Origin: Gemmatimonadaceae bacterium
GTDB taxonomy: Bacteria > Gemmatimonadota > Gemmatimonadetes > Gemmatimonadales > Gemmatimonadaceae
Direction of reading: 5' to 3'
DNA: 41,931 nt
Assembly (NCBI GenBank): GCA_033763905.1
Contig: JANRJP010000138.1
Span: 1-41,931 of the forward strand
This document shows positions 27,043 through 36,371 of the stretch, piece by piece. The position numbers were made by a program, and so were the translations under genes. The notes under the pieces were generated by a model, which saw only the letters and a list, made by a program, of their open reading frames with translations, was not told the DNA's origin and did no database searches. Position 1 is the stretch's first letter; the number at the start of each line of letters is the position of its first letter.

Positions 27043-27782
27043 CGCGCCGCAGCGAGCCGTCGCTTCGTCGCGCGCCCGTATCGGAACAGGGCTAACGCAT
27101 CCTGCCACGGCCGGACGCGAGTCTCGCGCGGACGCAGGTCCCAGCGCTTGGCCAAGGGCACGGTCTCGAGCCGCTTCGTGCGCCGGGACGCGGCGAGCAG
27201 CAAATCGACATTCGCCGCCCAGCCGTCGCCGTGAACGACGGGCGCATCGCCCGCGTCGCGGACGAGGTCCTTGACCAGGCTCACGCGCAGGGCACGGAAG
27301 CTGCCGAAGGCATCGGCGTCCGCCGGCAAGGGCACGAAGGGCTTGAGCACCCACGGCGCCACGGTTGCCAGCCGACGCACTGCCTGCGGCGCCAGCGCAT
27401 CGGGCTGACGCGTCGCCAGCACGCAGTCGGCGCCGCCTTCGAAGCGCTTGATCACTTCGGGCAGATGCTCGGGCTGATCGGTGAAGTCCCCTTGCATCAG
27501 CACGATGGCATCCCGTCGCGCATACCGGCCCACGGTCGACACGTGGCGAAGCAGCGCATTGACGGCGTACGCGTATCCCCGGGCCGTGCCATCCCCCAGC
27601 ACCGTCAGCGGCAGCACCTCGTGATACGGGGCCAAGACCTCGCGCGTGCCGTCGGTGCTGCCGTCGTCGTACACGACCACCTGGAACTCCCGCGAGAACT
27701 CCCGCATCACCTGCCGGATGCGCCACAGCAGCACCCCGATCGTCGGGGCTTCGTCGCGAGCAGGAATGGCGATGTGGAGCAC
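27039..27782 (-). CDS. Glycosyltransferase family 2 (DPM1/ArnC-like)
   Basis: IAIPARDEAPTI, VVYDDGSTDGT, RGYAYAV, LMQGDFTDQPEHLP, GADCV, FRA. Confidence 0.85.
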   Translation of the reverse strand: MLHIAIPARDEAPTIGVLLWRIRQVMREFSREFQVVVYDDGSTDGTREVLAPYHEVLPLTVLGDGTARGYAYAVNALLRHVSTVGRYARRDAIVLMQGDFTDQPEHLPEVIKRFEGGADCVLATRQPDALAPQAVRRLATVAPWVLKPFVPLPADADAFGSFRALRVSLVKDLVRDAGDAPVVHGDGWAANVDLLLAASRRTKRLETVPLAKRWDLRPRETRVRPWQDALALFRYGRATKRRLAAAR

Positions 27783-27936
27783 GGGGCAGGGCAGCGAGTG
27801 AGGGGAAGCGTGGAAGCTACGAAGCGCGGACCGCCGTGCGCTACCACTCGAATACCCGGTGGACGGCCGCTGGTGCCGGTGAAACCTTCGGTGCAATGTG
27901 CCGATAGAACCTACAGGCCCTACTCGAGGAGGCAGG

Positions 27937-28668
27937 ATGATCGTCGCGAACGTCCGGCATCGTCTCACCCGTACCGACGCGCAGCTCGCGCTGCGGCTCG
28001 TGGCCCGCGGGTCCGCGTCGGAGCAGGACCGCGCCGAGGAGGCGCTCCGTGACGCGGGGATCGACGCGCTGCTGGACGATCCGCGGCTGCTCGAAGGGCT
28101 GGTGCGGACGCCGGCAGGGGCCACCGCGTCGTGGCCACTCTTCTGCTACGTCGTGGTCCGCCACGCCCTGCGGGCGCACGGCACCGACGACCGCGTGCTG
28201 GCGGACTACGTCGCGGCGGTCCTCGAGGCGTTCGCGTGGAAGGACCGCAATCAGAAAGTCGCCGAGCACGACGACGAGACCTACGATACGCTGGCCGCGC
28301 TGCTCCGCGACGCCGAGGGGGCGGAGCCACGCCGCGCCTATCTCGTGCGGGCCCACCTGGGCAACTACGCCCTCTGGTTGGCCGGTTGCTTTCCCGACCA
28401 CATCGAGGCGCGCCGGCACCGTCGTGGGGGCCCGGACCTCGACTATTACGACGAACTCGGCGCCCGTGGCTACGCACTGGCCGCCGAGCATCGGCTGTCG
28501 GAGGAACAGGGTATGCGGGGGCTCTTCACCGAGGCATCGAAGCGCTATCACCGGCTCCGCGTCGCGCTGAACGCGGTGAGTGACACCCTGTTCTTCCCCA
28601 ACCGACACACGCCGGATCGGTTGCTGCGCCAGGTCCGCGACGAGGCCCGCTGGCGATTCGCGTCCTGA
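27937..28668 (+). CDS. Conserved hypothetical helical protein (243 aa)
   Basis: Strong SD (GAGGAGG) before ATG 27937 and typical codon usage. Motifs LFCYVVVRHAL, ADYVA, HLGNYALWLAG.FPD, GPDLDYY..LG..GY. Confidence 0.75.
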   Translation: MIVANVRHRLTRTDAQLALRLVARGSASEQDRAEEALRDAGIDALLDDPRLLEGLVRTPAGATASWPLFCYVVVRHALRAHGTDDRVLADYVAAVLEAFAWKDRNQKVAEHDDETYDTLAALLRDAEGAEPRRAYLVRAHLGNYALWLAGCFPDHIEARRHRRGGPDLDYYDELGARGYALAAEHRLSEEQGMRGLFTEASKRYHRLRVALNAVSDTLFFPNRHTPDRLLRQVRDEARWRFAS

Positions 28669-28737
28669 CGGACTGCCGAATCCGCGCTCGGGCGGGTACC
28701 GTAGGGGCGAGCGATTGCACGCCCTCCGGAGCCCCCT

Positions 28738-29301
28738 GTGTTCGACGACCTTCGCCGCGCCTTTCGTGACCTGATGGCCACGCCGCTCGCCGCTGACGAG
28801 CGGCGCCCGGCCTTGCAGGCGATGCGCGACACCCTGGTGCGCGCCAAGATGGCGCTGGACGACCTGCGCGCGCAGATCGCGGCGACCCGTGCTCGGCTCG
28901 CGCAGGAGGAGCAGGAGTACGCCACGGTGCAACGGCGCCGCGCGATGGCCGAGGAGATCGCCGACGCCGAGACGGCGGGGGTCGCCGCGAAGTTCGAGGC
29001 GCAACTGGCCGAGCGGGTGGCGATTCGTCGGCAGAAGCTGGCCATCGAAGAGCAGGAGCTGGCCCTCGCTGAGCGCGAGGTCGAAGCGATGACGCAGGAC
29101 TTCAAAGCGGCGACGCGCGGCGTCGGTGCTGCGCCGTCAAGCAGCGCGGCCTCACGACTGGATGACGCCGCGTTGGGGCTCGGGGGGGACGAGGCGCTGC
29201 GCCGCGAAACCGATGCGCTCGCGCGCGAGCAGGCCCGCGCGGCCGCCGAAGCGGAGGCCGAGGCACGACTCGCCGAACTCAAGCGGCGCATGGGGCAGTA
29301 G
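28738..29301 (+). CDS. PspA/IM30-like coiled-coil protein
   Basis: Amphipathic N-terminal helix MFDDLRRAFRDL, long heptad-rich helices, AEEIADAETA..A, and C-terminal EARLAELKRRMG typical of PspA. GGAG SD present. Confidence 0.6.
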   Translation: MFDDLRRAFRDLMATPLAADERRPALQAMRDTLVRAKMALDDLRAQIAATRARLAQEEQEYATVQRRRAMAEEIADAETAGVAAKFEAQLAERVAIRRQKLAIEEQELALAEREVEAMTQDFKAATRGVGAAPSSSAASRLDDAALGLGGDEALRRETDALAREQARAAAEAEAEARLAELKRRMGQ

Positions 29302-31061
29302 TGCGTCGGTTCCGCGCGGGGTGGCTGTCCCTCGCGGTCGTGGGGACGGCGGCGGCGGCCCCGATCGCCGCTCAGGAAACCTCGGCAGGACTCACCGCGG
29401 TGGAGTGCCGAGGGCAGACCATCGACGAGATCATCGTCGCGCCGCAGGGACCGCTGCTCCGGGCACGACTGCCGGAGTTCATTCCGAATGCGCGGGCCAT
29501 CGAGGGCTTCGTTCGCGACGCACAATCGACGATTCACCGCGTGACGCGTCCCGCGGCGATCAATCCCTTCCTGCTCCTGCACGTCGGCGCGCCGTGCGAC
29601 GAACGGCGGCGCACCGAGAGCGAGCGCGTGCTTCGCGCGCAGCCGTACATCGCCGACGCGCGGATCACGCTCTACGCGCGCGGCGATGGCCGCACGGCGT
29701 TGGTGGTCGAGACCACGGACGAAGTCTCGGTGCTGCTCGACGCCCAGCTCAGGGCCGGATCACCGCACCTGACCCGACTTCGGCTGGGCAACCCCAACGT
29801 GGATGGCCGCGCGGTGCGCGCCGTGGTGGGCTTCGAAGCGGCCGATGGGTTCAGGAACGGCTGGAATCTCGAGCTGGCGAAGTACGCGGCGTTCGGGACG
29901 CCGGTGCAGTTTGCCGGGGCGGTGTCTCGCGATCCGCTGGGGCAGGCGTGGCAGCTCGAACTCACACGGCCGTTCTATTCCGACTTCAACCGGCTCGCGT
30001 GGACGGTCGACGCCGGCGCGAGGGACGGCTATTTCGCGTTCACGCGTCGCGACACGCTGCCGGTATCGCTGCAGGTCGACCGGCGGTATGTGACGGCCGG
30101 CGGCCTGCTCCGCGTCGGCCCGCCGGGCGCGCTGTTCCTGACCGGCGCGACCCTCACCTGGGAGCGCGACCGGCCGTCGACGACGGGGGTGGTGATCGAG
30201 CCGGGGACGTTCACCCCGGCGCCACTCGAGCCGGTGACCGGGCGCTATGTGCCGACACAGAGCGCACGCATCAACGCACTGCTGGGCTGGCGTCGCCTCC
30301 GCTTTCTTCGCGTCGCCGGGTTTGATGCGGTCGAAGGCCTGCAGGACGTGCGACGGGGCATCGAAGTGGGCGGTACGATCGGCCGCGGCCTGCGTGCGCT
30401 CGGGAGTGACGACGAAGACTGGTTCACGACGGCCGGCATCGTGCTCGGCGCCGGCGACGAAGTGCGCTACGGCGTGTTCCAGGCCGGCGCCGAGGCGCGC
30501 TACGCGCAGGCGCTCCAACGCTGGGACGCCATCGTCGCCAGCGGGCGCGCCACGGGGTACTGGCGCATCGCGCTCAACCACACGCTCGTCGGTGAGGTGG
30601 ATGTGGCATACGGCGCGCGCAATCGAACGCCATTTCAATTGGTGCTCGACACGCGCGATGCCGGCCTCCGCGGGTTTCGCGGTTCGCGTGAAGCGGGCGG
30701 CGGACGGGCCGTGCTGCGCGTCGAAGAACGGTGGTACGCCGGTCGCGTCCGCAATGTCGCGTCGCTCGCCGTGGCGCCGTTTCTCGACATCGGCCGCCTG
30801 TGGGCCGGCGACGTGCCCTACGGTCGCGACACGCCGTGGGGGACGAGCCTCGGCGTCGCCCTGCTTGGCGCCGTGCCGCCGCAGTCGCAGGTGACGTGGC
30901 GTCTCGAAGCCGCAGCGCGACTCACACCGGATCCTTGGGCGCGTCGCTGGCAGTTGCGCGTGGTGATTCGCGACGTCGGACGACAGTTCTGGCGCGAGCC
31001 GCGCGACGTCGCGCGCAGTCGTCCGGTGACCGCACCGACCTCGCTCTTCACCTGGCCGTAA
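29301..31061 (+). CDS. Omp85/BamA-TamA-like outer-membrane protein (POTRA-like + beta-barrel)
   Basis: Signal peptide, POTRA-like ESERVLRAQPYIADA, barrel motif GLRGF, alternating beta strands and PFLDIGRLW. Coupled to the PspA-like gene by a TAGTG overlap. Confidence 0.65.
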   Translation: MRRFRAGWLSLAVVGTAAAAPIAAQETSAGLTAVECRGQTIDEIIVAPQGPLLRARLPEFIPNARAIEGFVRDAQSTIHRVTRPAAINPFLLLHVGAPCDERRRTESERVLRAQPYIADARITLYARGDGRTALVVETTDEVSVLLDAQLRAGSPHLTRLRLGNPNVDGRAVRAVVGFEAADGFRNGWNLELAKYAAFGTPVQFAGAVSRDPLGQAWQLELTRPFYSDFNRLAWTVDAGARDGYFAFTRRDTLPVSLQVDRRYVTAGGLLRVGPPGALFLTGATLTWERDRPSTTGVVIEPGTFTPAPLEPVTGRYVPTQSARINALLGWRRLRFLRVAGFDAVEGLQDVRRGIEVGGTIGRGLRALGSDDEDWFTTAGIVLGAGDEVRYGVFQAGAEARYAQALQRWDAIVASGRATGYWRIALNHTLVGEVDVAYGARNRTPFQLVLDTRDAGLRGFRGSREAGGGRAVLRVEERWYAGRVRNVASLAVAPFLDIGRLWAGDVPYGRDTPWGTSLGVALLGAVPPQSQVTWRLEAAARLTPDPWARRWQLRVVIRDVGRQFWREPRDVARSRPVTAPTSLFTWP

Positions 31062-31065
31062 AGCC

Positions 31066-32547
31066 TTACACCTTGGCTGACGCCGTGAGTTTGCGCAGCG
31101 TCGGTACCATCACCACCAGCAACAGCGCGGCGCCAAGCGACGTGCCGACGATCACGCTGAATAAGCCGGCGAGCGACCCGATCGATTCGGTTTGCGAGGC
31201 GAGCCAGCCCCCGAGCTTGTTCGCGGCCGAATTCGAGAGGAAGAAGAGCCCCATCGACAGAGCGCCGAGTCGCGCCGGTGCCACCTTCGAGATGTAGCTC
31301 AGGCCCACCGGCGAGACCGCCAGTTCGCCCAGCGACTGCAACGAGTAGGCGAGCACAAGCCAGAAGGGCGACACGAGCTGGCCGGCGTCGGCCGCGCGAC
31401 CGGCAACCGCCATCGCGACGAACGAGAGGCCGACGAGCACCAGTCCCCAGACCATCTTCATCGGCGTCGACGGCTCCGCGTTGCGGCGCGCGAGCGCCGG
31501 CCAGAGTCCGGCGATCAGCGGGGCGAAGAGCAGCAGCGTCAGCGGCTGCACCGACTGGAACCAGCCGGCCGGAATGGTGAAGCTGCCCAGCACCCGATCG
31601 GTATGGCGATCGGCGAAGACGTTCATCGAACTCCCGGCCTGCTCGAACGCCATCCAGAAGAACACCACGAAGAAGACGATCAGGCACATCGCGATCACGC
31701 GCCGACGGTCGTCCCCGTGCGACGAGAGCAGGGCGGCGCCAATGCTCGCGCCGATGATGGCGCCGGTGAGCAATCCGATCGGCGACAGTCCCGCGACGGC
31801 AGCGGCCAGCGCTGTGCCAACCACACCACCGCTGATGGCCTGCCACGGCTGAATGCCGGCCGATGCCGCGCTGCCGCCGCCCTCGTCCGCGTCGGACGGT
31901 GGCGTCGCCAGCGCCGCGCGCGCGGCAGGTTCGTCACCGATCGTGCCGAGGAAGCGGCGCTTGAGCGTGGCGTAACACGCCAATCCGATCAGCATCCCGA
32001 CGCCGGCCGCACCGAATCCCCAGTGCCAGCCGATCGTCTCGCCAAGCCAGGAGCAAATCAGCGGCGCGATGAACGCGCCGAGGTTGATGCCCATATAGAA
32101 CACGGTGTAGCCGGCATCGCGTCGCGCATCCCCCGGCACGTACAGCTGGCCCACCATCGCGGACGCGTTCGGCTTGAAGAGTCCGGTGCCGATGATCACC
32201 AAACCCAGTCCGACGTAGAACCAGGTGGTGCCCGGCAACGCCAACGTGAAGTGCCCCGCCGAGATGATGAGCGCGCCGTAGATCAGCGACCGGTGCGTGC
32301 CAAGGTACCGGTCGGCGATCCAGCCGCCGACGATGGGGGTCAGCCAGACCAGTCCGGTGTAGGTGCCATAGAGCTGATAGGCGTCGGCATCGGACCACTG
32401 GAGCGCGTTGATCAGGTACAGCACGAGCAGCGCGCGCATCCCGTAGTAGGAGAATCGCTCCCACATTTCGGCCACGAAGAGCAAGGCGAGCCCCTTCGGA
32501 TGGCCGAAGAACGCGCGGTCGTCGATCGGATGGGCAGCGGCGGTCAT
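31066..32547 (-). CDS. POT/PTR family proton-dependent di/tripeptide MFS transporter
   Basis: FFGHPKGL..EMWERFSYYGMRALL (ExxERF motif), GGWIADRYLG, GTGLFKPN, FYMGINLGA, FEQAGSS, GELAVSPVGLS. ATGA overlap with oppF. Confidence 0.95.
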   Translation of the reverse strand: MTAAAHPIDDRAFFGHPKGLALLFVAEMWERFSYYGMRALLVLYLINALQWSDADAYQLYGTYTGLVWLTPIVGGWIADRYLGTHRSLIYGALIISAGHFTLALPGTTWFYVGLGLVIIGTGLFKPNASAMVGQLYVPGDARRDAGYTVFYMGINLGAFIAPLICSWLGETIGWHWGFGAAGVGMLIGLACYATLKRRFLGTIGDEPAARAALATPPSDADEGGGSAASAGIQPWQAISGGVVGTALAAAVAGLSPIGLLTGAIIGASIGAALLSSHGDDRRRVIAMCLIVFFVVFFWMAFEQAGSSMNVFADRHTDRVLGSFTIPAGWFQSVQPLTLLLFAPLIAGLWPALARRNAEPSTPMKMVWGLVLVGLSFVAMAVAGRAADAGQLVSPFWLVLAYSLQSLGELAVSPVGLSYISKVAPARLGALSMGLFFLSNSAANKLGGWLASQTESIGSLAGLFSVIVGTSLGAALLLVVMVPTLRKLTASAKV

Positions 32548-33530
32548 GTCGGAGCGGAGGAGAGCGGGTAGTGGCAGGCGGCGGCCCGTACCGCGGCCTG
32601 CGGCAGCGAAGGACGCACCGTGCGACACTGGTCGTCGCGGCGCGGGTTCGCGCAGCGATCATAGTAGCGACAGGCCGCATCGGTCGGCGCGGCGGTCGCG
32701 TCGACGGTCGCGAGCGGCAATGGCGGGCGACGCTGGCCCGGCACGCCGCGCGGAATCGCGTCGAGCAGCGCGCGGGTATAGGGATGCTGCGGCGCGGCGA
32801 ACAGCTCGGCGGTCGGCGCGATCTCCACGAGTCGGCCGGCGAACATCACCGCCACGCGGTGCGCGAGATGGCGCACGACGGCGAGGTCGTGCGAGATGAA
32901 CAGGTACGACAGACCGCGCTGCCGTTGCAGGTCGCGGAGCAGATTGATGATCTGCGCCTGCACCGACACATCGAGGGCCGAGACCGCTTCGTCGCAGACG
33001 ACGAACGCGGGATCCACCGCCAGCGCCCGCGCGATGCCGATGCGCTGTCGCTGCCCGCCCGAGAACTCGTGCGGCCAGCGCTGGGCCGCCTCGGGGCGCA
33101 GCCCGACTTCCTCCAGCAGCGCGGCCCCGCGCGCGTCGCGCGCCGAACCCCGCGCGACGCGATGGACATCGATCCCTTCGCCAATGATGTCGCCGACGCG
33201 CATCCGCGGATTCAGCGAGGTCCACGGATCCTGAAACACGAGTTGCATCCGTTGCCGGAGGGCGCGCATCGCGCGCGGCGTCAACTGGCGGATGTCTCGC
33301 CCTTCATAGCGAATCTCGCCCTCGTCGGGCTCGATCAGCCGCAGGATGCAACGGCCGGTCGTCGTCTTGCCGCTGCCCGACTCCCCGACGAGAGCGAGGG
33401 TCTCGCCCACGGCGATGTGGCACGACACGGCGTCGACGGCCGTCATCGACCGCGCCACGCCGCCCCACCAGTGGCGCGTGATCGGGTACCGCTTGGTCAG
33501 CGACTCGACCGCGAGCAGCGGTTCAGACAC
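32544..33530 (-). CDS. oppF: Oligopeptide/dipeptide ABC transporter ATP-binding protein (OppF/DppF)
   Basis: GESGSGKTT, FQDP..SLNPR, FSGGQRQRIGIARAL, CDEAVSALD, HPYT, C-terminal Cys cluster. Confidence 0.9.
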   Translation of the reverse strand: MSEPLLAVESLTKRYPITRHWWGGVARSMTAVDAVSCHIAVGETLALVGESGSGKTTTGRCILRLIEPDEGEIRYEGRDIRQLTPRAMRALRQRMQLVFQDPWTSLNPRMRVGDIIGEGIDVHRVARGSARDARGAALLEEVGLRPEAAQRWPHEFSGGQRQRIGIARALAVDPAFVVCDEAVSALDVSVQAQIINLLRDLQRQRGLSYLFISHDLAVVRHLAHRVAVMFAGRLVEIAPTAELFAAPQHPYTRALLDAIPRGVPGQRRPPLPLATVDATAAPTDAACRYYDRCANPRRDDQCRTVRPSLPQAAVRAAACHYPLSSAPT

Positions 33531-34548
33531 CGGGCGGCACTCCCGCTGCGCCGTGCGTGGCGGCCCCGACGCGACGGTCGGGCTCCGACTCGAGGTGGCA
33601 ACGCACCGATCCGCCGTCAGGCCGCGGCGACATCGCCGGGGCTTCGCGGACGCATCGGTCCCACGCGCTCGCGCAGCGCTCGGCAAACCGGCAGCCGCGC
33701 GGCCACGCGGTCGCCGCGGGCACGCTGCCCGGAATCGCCCGCAAGGCGTCCTGCGCGGCGTCCACGCGAGGTCGCGCGGCGAGCAGTCCGGCCGTGTACG
33801 GATGCCGAGGATCGCGGAAGACATCGGCGACACGTCCCTCTTCCACGACCTCGCCCGCGTACATCACCAGCATCCGGTCCGCGATGTCGGCGATCACGCC
33901 GAGGTCGTGCGTGATCAGCACGATCGACAGTCCCGTCGCCTCGCGCAGGTCGCGCAACAGGTCGAGCAGTTGCGCTTGCACCGTGACGTCGAGCGCGGTG
34001 GTCGGCTCATCCGCCACCAGGATGTCCGGCTCGAGCAGTAAGGCCATCGCGAGCAGGACGCGCTGCCGCATCCCTCCGGACAACTCGTGCGGATACTGCT
34101 CGGCGCGGGCGGCTGGGTCGGGAATGCCCACGCGTCCCAGCATCGTGATCGCCGCTGCGCGCGCCTCCGCGGCGCTGCTCCCGCGATGCACGCGCGCGAT
34201 CTCGGCGATCTGGTCGCCGATCGTGAGCACCGGCGTCAGCGCCGCGGAGGGCTCCTGAAACACGAGCGCCAGCTTCTGGCCGCGCAGCGTGCCCCAGTCG
34301 CGCTCCGAGAGACCGACCAGTTCACGGTCGCCGAAGCAGATGCTCCCCGCCGTGATGCGCCCCGGGGGATCGATCAGGCCCAGCAGCGCCGACGCCGTCA
34401 CGCTCTTGCCGCTCCCCGATTCGCCGACGATGCCAAGCGTCTCGCCGCGCTCGAGGTCGAAGGACACGCCATCGACCGCGCGCGCCGCCCCCTCCGGGGT
34501 GGCGAACTCGACCCGCAGGTCGCGCACAGAGAGCAGGGGCGTCGTCAC
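33523..34548 (-). CDS. oppD: Oligopeptide/dipeptide ABC transporter ATP-binding protein (OppD/DppD)
   Basis: GESGSGKSVT, YPHELSGGMRQR, ADEPTTALDVTVQAQ, ITHDLG, HPYT, GCRFA.RC. Confidence 0.92.
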   Translation of the reverse strand: MTTPLLSVRDLRVEFATPEGAARAVDGVSFDLERGETLGIVGESGSGKSVTASALLGLIDPPGRITAGSICFGDRELVGLSERDWGTLRGQKLALVFQEPSAALTPVLTIGDQIAEIARVHRGSSAAEARAAAITMLGRVGIPDPAARAEQYPHELSGGMRQRVLLAMALLLEPDILVADEPTTALDVTVQAQLLDLLRDLREATGLSIVLITHDLGVIADIADRMLVMYAGEVVEEGRVADVFRDPRHPYTAGLLAARPRVDAAQDALRAIPGSVPAATAWPRGCRFAERCASAWDRCVREAPAMSPRPDGGSVRCHLESEPDRRVGAATHGAAGVPPGV

Positions 34549-35393
34549 GCGACCGCAACCTCGCCTGCCTCACGGGGCGTTCGCAATGCGTCGGCCGCGG
34601 CCGAGCAGGCCAAAGCCGTGCTCGCGAGGGCCAGGCCCGGCGCGGCAAGCAGCCACCAGGTCTCCAGCGGCCGTTCGGCTGCGTCCGCGAGCATCGTGCC
34701 CCAGCTGGGCGTCGGGGGTTGAATGCCCAATCCGAGAAACGACAGAGCGGCCTCGATCGCGATGGTATGTCCTACGCCGAGGGTTGCCGCGATCAGGACG
34801 TTGGGCAGCACGGCAGGCCACAGGTGCCGCCACAGCACCCGCGACGGCGGAACGCCGAGTGCCCGTGCCGCCACGATCCAGTCCTCCGTGCGCAGCGCGC
34901 GCGTGTCGGCGCGCACCAGCTTCGCGACACCGAACCACCCCGTCGCGACCAGCACCGCCACCAGCCCGAGTGGCGACAGCGCGCCCCACGCAGCGCTGAT
35001 CGCCAGCAAGACCACCACCCGCGGGACGCTCAGCCCGACATCCACGATGCGCATCAGCACCGCGTCGACCCACCGTGCGGACGAGCCCGCCAGCAGACCC
35101 ACCGCAGCGCCGAGCAACGCGGCGAGCCCGCCACCGGCGAGCCCGATGCCCAGCGACACGCGAGCCCCATACACCACGCGGCTGAACACGTCGCGCGAAA
35201 GCAGATCGGTGCCCATCCAGTGCACGGCGCTGGGGGGGCGAGCCGCGTCCGCGATGATGTCGGGCTGCGCCACCGGATCGAAGGGTGCGAGCACCGGCGC
35301 GAGGACGGCTGCGACGGCGAGCGTCCCCAACCACGCCATCGCCCACGGCGCGCGGCGCAGCGCATCACGTACCAGAGGCGATCGGTTTGCCAT
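34545..35393 (-). CDS. oppC: Peptide ABC transporter permease (OppC/DppC)
   Basis: HWMGTDLLSRDVFSR..YGARVSL, AARALG, EAALSFLGLGIQPPTPSWG. Confidence 0.92.
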   Translation of the reverse strand: MANRSPLVRDALRRAPWAMAWLGTLAVAAVLAPVLAPFDPVAQPDIIADAARPPSAVHWMGTDLLSRDVFSRVVYGARVSLGIGLAGGGLAALLGAAVGLLAGSSARWVDAVLMRIVDVGLSVPRVVVLLAISAAWGALSPLGLVAVLVATGWFGVAKLVRADTRALRTEDWIVAARALGVPPSRVLWRHLWPAVLPNVLIAATLGVGHTIAIEAALSFLGLGIQPPTPSWGTMLADAAERPLETWWLLAAPGLALASTALACSAAADALRTPREAGEVAVA

Positions 35394-35400
35394 ACCGCGT

Positions 35401-36369
35401 TCAGGCGTCGCGGACGCGGGGGTCGATCACCGCGTGGAGCAGGTCGCTCACCAGACTTCCCGACACCACCGCGAGACTCGTGAGCAACGCGATGCCCGAC
35501 GTCAGGGGCACATCCCGCGCGGCAACGGCATCGAGCAGCAGGCGCCCGACGCCGGGCCACGAAAACACGCGCTCGACGAAAACCAGGCCGGCGATCACGC
35601 CGGGCACCAGCAGGCCGGTCAGCGCAATCACCGGTGCCGCGGCACTGGGCACCGCGTGCCGCCACAGCACCCGAGTGGCCGACAAGCCGCGCGCGCGCGC
35701 GGCGCTCGTGAATGGCGCCATTAACGCCGTGCGGACGGCGGCGCGCTGATAACGAACGACCCGCGCATACACGATCAGCGCCACGATGCTGGCCGGCAGC
35801 ACGAGATGCCGCGCCACGTCGAGCCACGCGGCCGGACCGTGGCGTGAGGCAGCCACATCGCGCCAGCCCCCGGTCGGTGCAGCGTGCAGACCCTGCGCGA
35901 CAACGGCAAGGCCGAGGAGGGCGAGCCAGAAGTCGGGCACGGCGCCAAGGACGGCCGATGTGCGCGTGAGCCAGCGATCCCCGGTACTCCCGGCAACGGA
36001 GGCCTGCCACGTGCCGACGAGCACGGCCAACAGCACGCCGAGCGTCGCACCGGTCAGGCCGAGCAAGAGCGAGGGACCCAGCGATCGCGCGATCGCGGTG
36101 CGAACGGGCTCCCCGCGCGCGACGGACCATCCGAGGTCGCCGCCGGCAAGGCGCGCGACGTAGCGCGCCAACCGCTCGGGCACGGGCGCATTCAAGTCGA
36201 GCTGTTCACGAATGGCGGCGCGCGCGCTGTCGGGGATGCGGGGATCGTCCAGCCGCGCGGCGGCGTCACCCGACGACAACGTCAGCAGCACGAAGGTCAG
36301 CGCGGCCACCGCGGTGCAGACCACGGCCGCGAGGCCGATCCGCTCGGCGATGCGGCGCGCCAGCCGCAC
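35401..36369 (-). CDS. oppB: Peptide ABC transporter permease (OppB/DppB)
   Basis: GGDLGWS, PDFWL, HLVLP, ARARGL, VERVFSWPGVGRL, DLLHAVIDPRVR. Start GTG 36369, alternative TTG 36375. Confidence 0.9.
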   Translation of the reverse strand: MRLARRIAERIGLAAVVCTAVAALTFVLLTLSSGDAAARLDDPRIPDSARAAIREQLDLNAPVPERLARYVARLAGGDLGWSVARGEPVRTAIARSLGPSLLLGLTGATLGVLLAVLVGTWQASVAGSTGDRWLTRTSAVLGAVPDFWLALLGLAVVAQGLHAAPTGGWRDVAASRHGPAAWLDVARHLVLPASIVALIVYARVVRYQRAAVRTALMAPFTSAARARGLSATRVLWRHAVPSAAAPVIALTGLLVPGVIAGLVFVERVFSWPGVGRLLLDAVAARDVPLTSGIALLTSLAVVSGSLVSDLLHAVIDPRVRDA

Positions 36370-36371
36370 GA

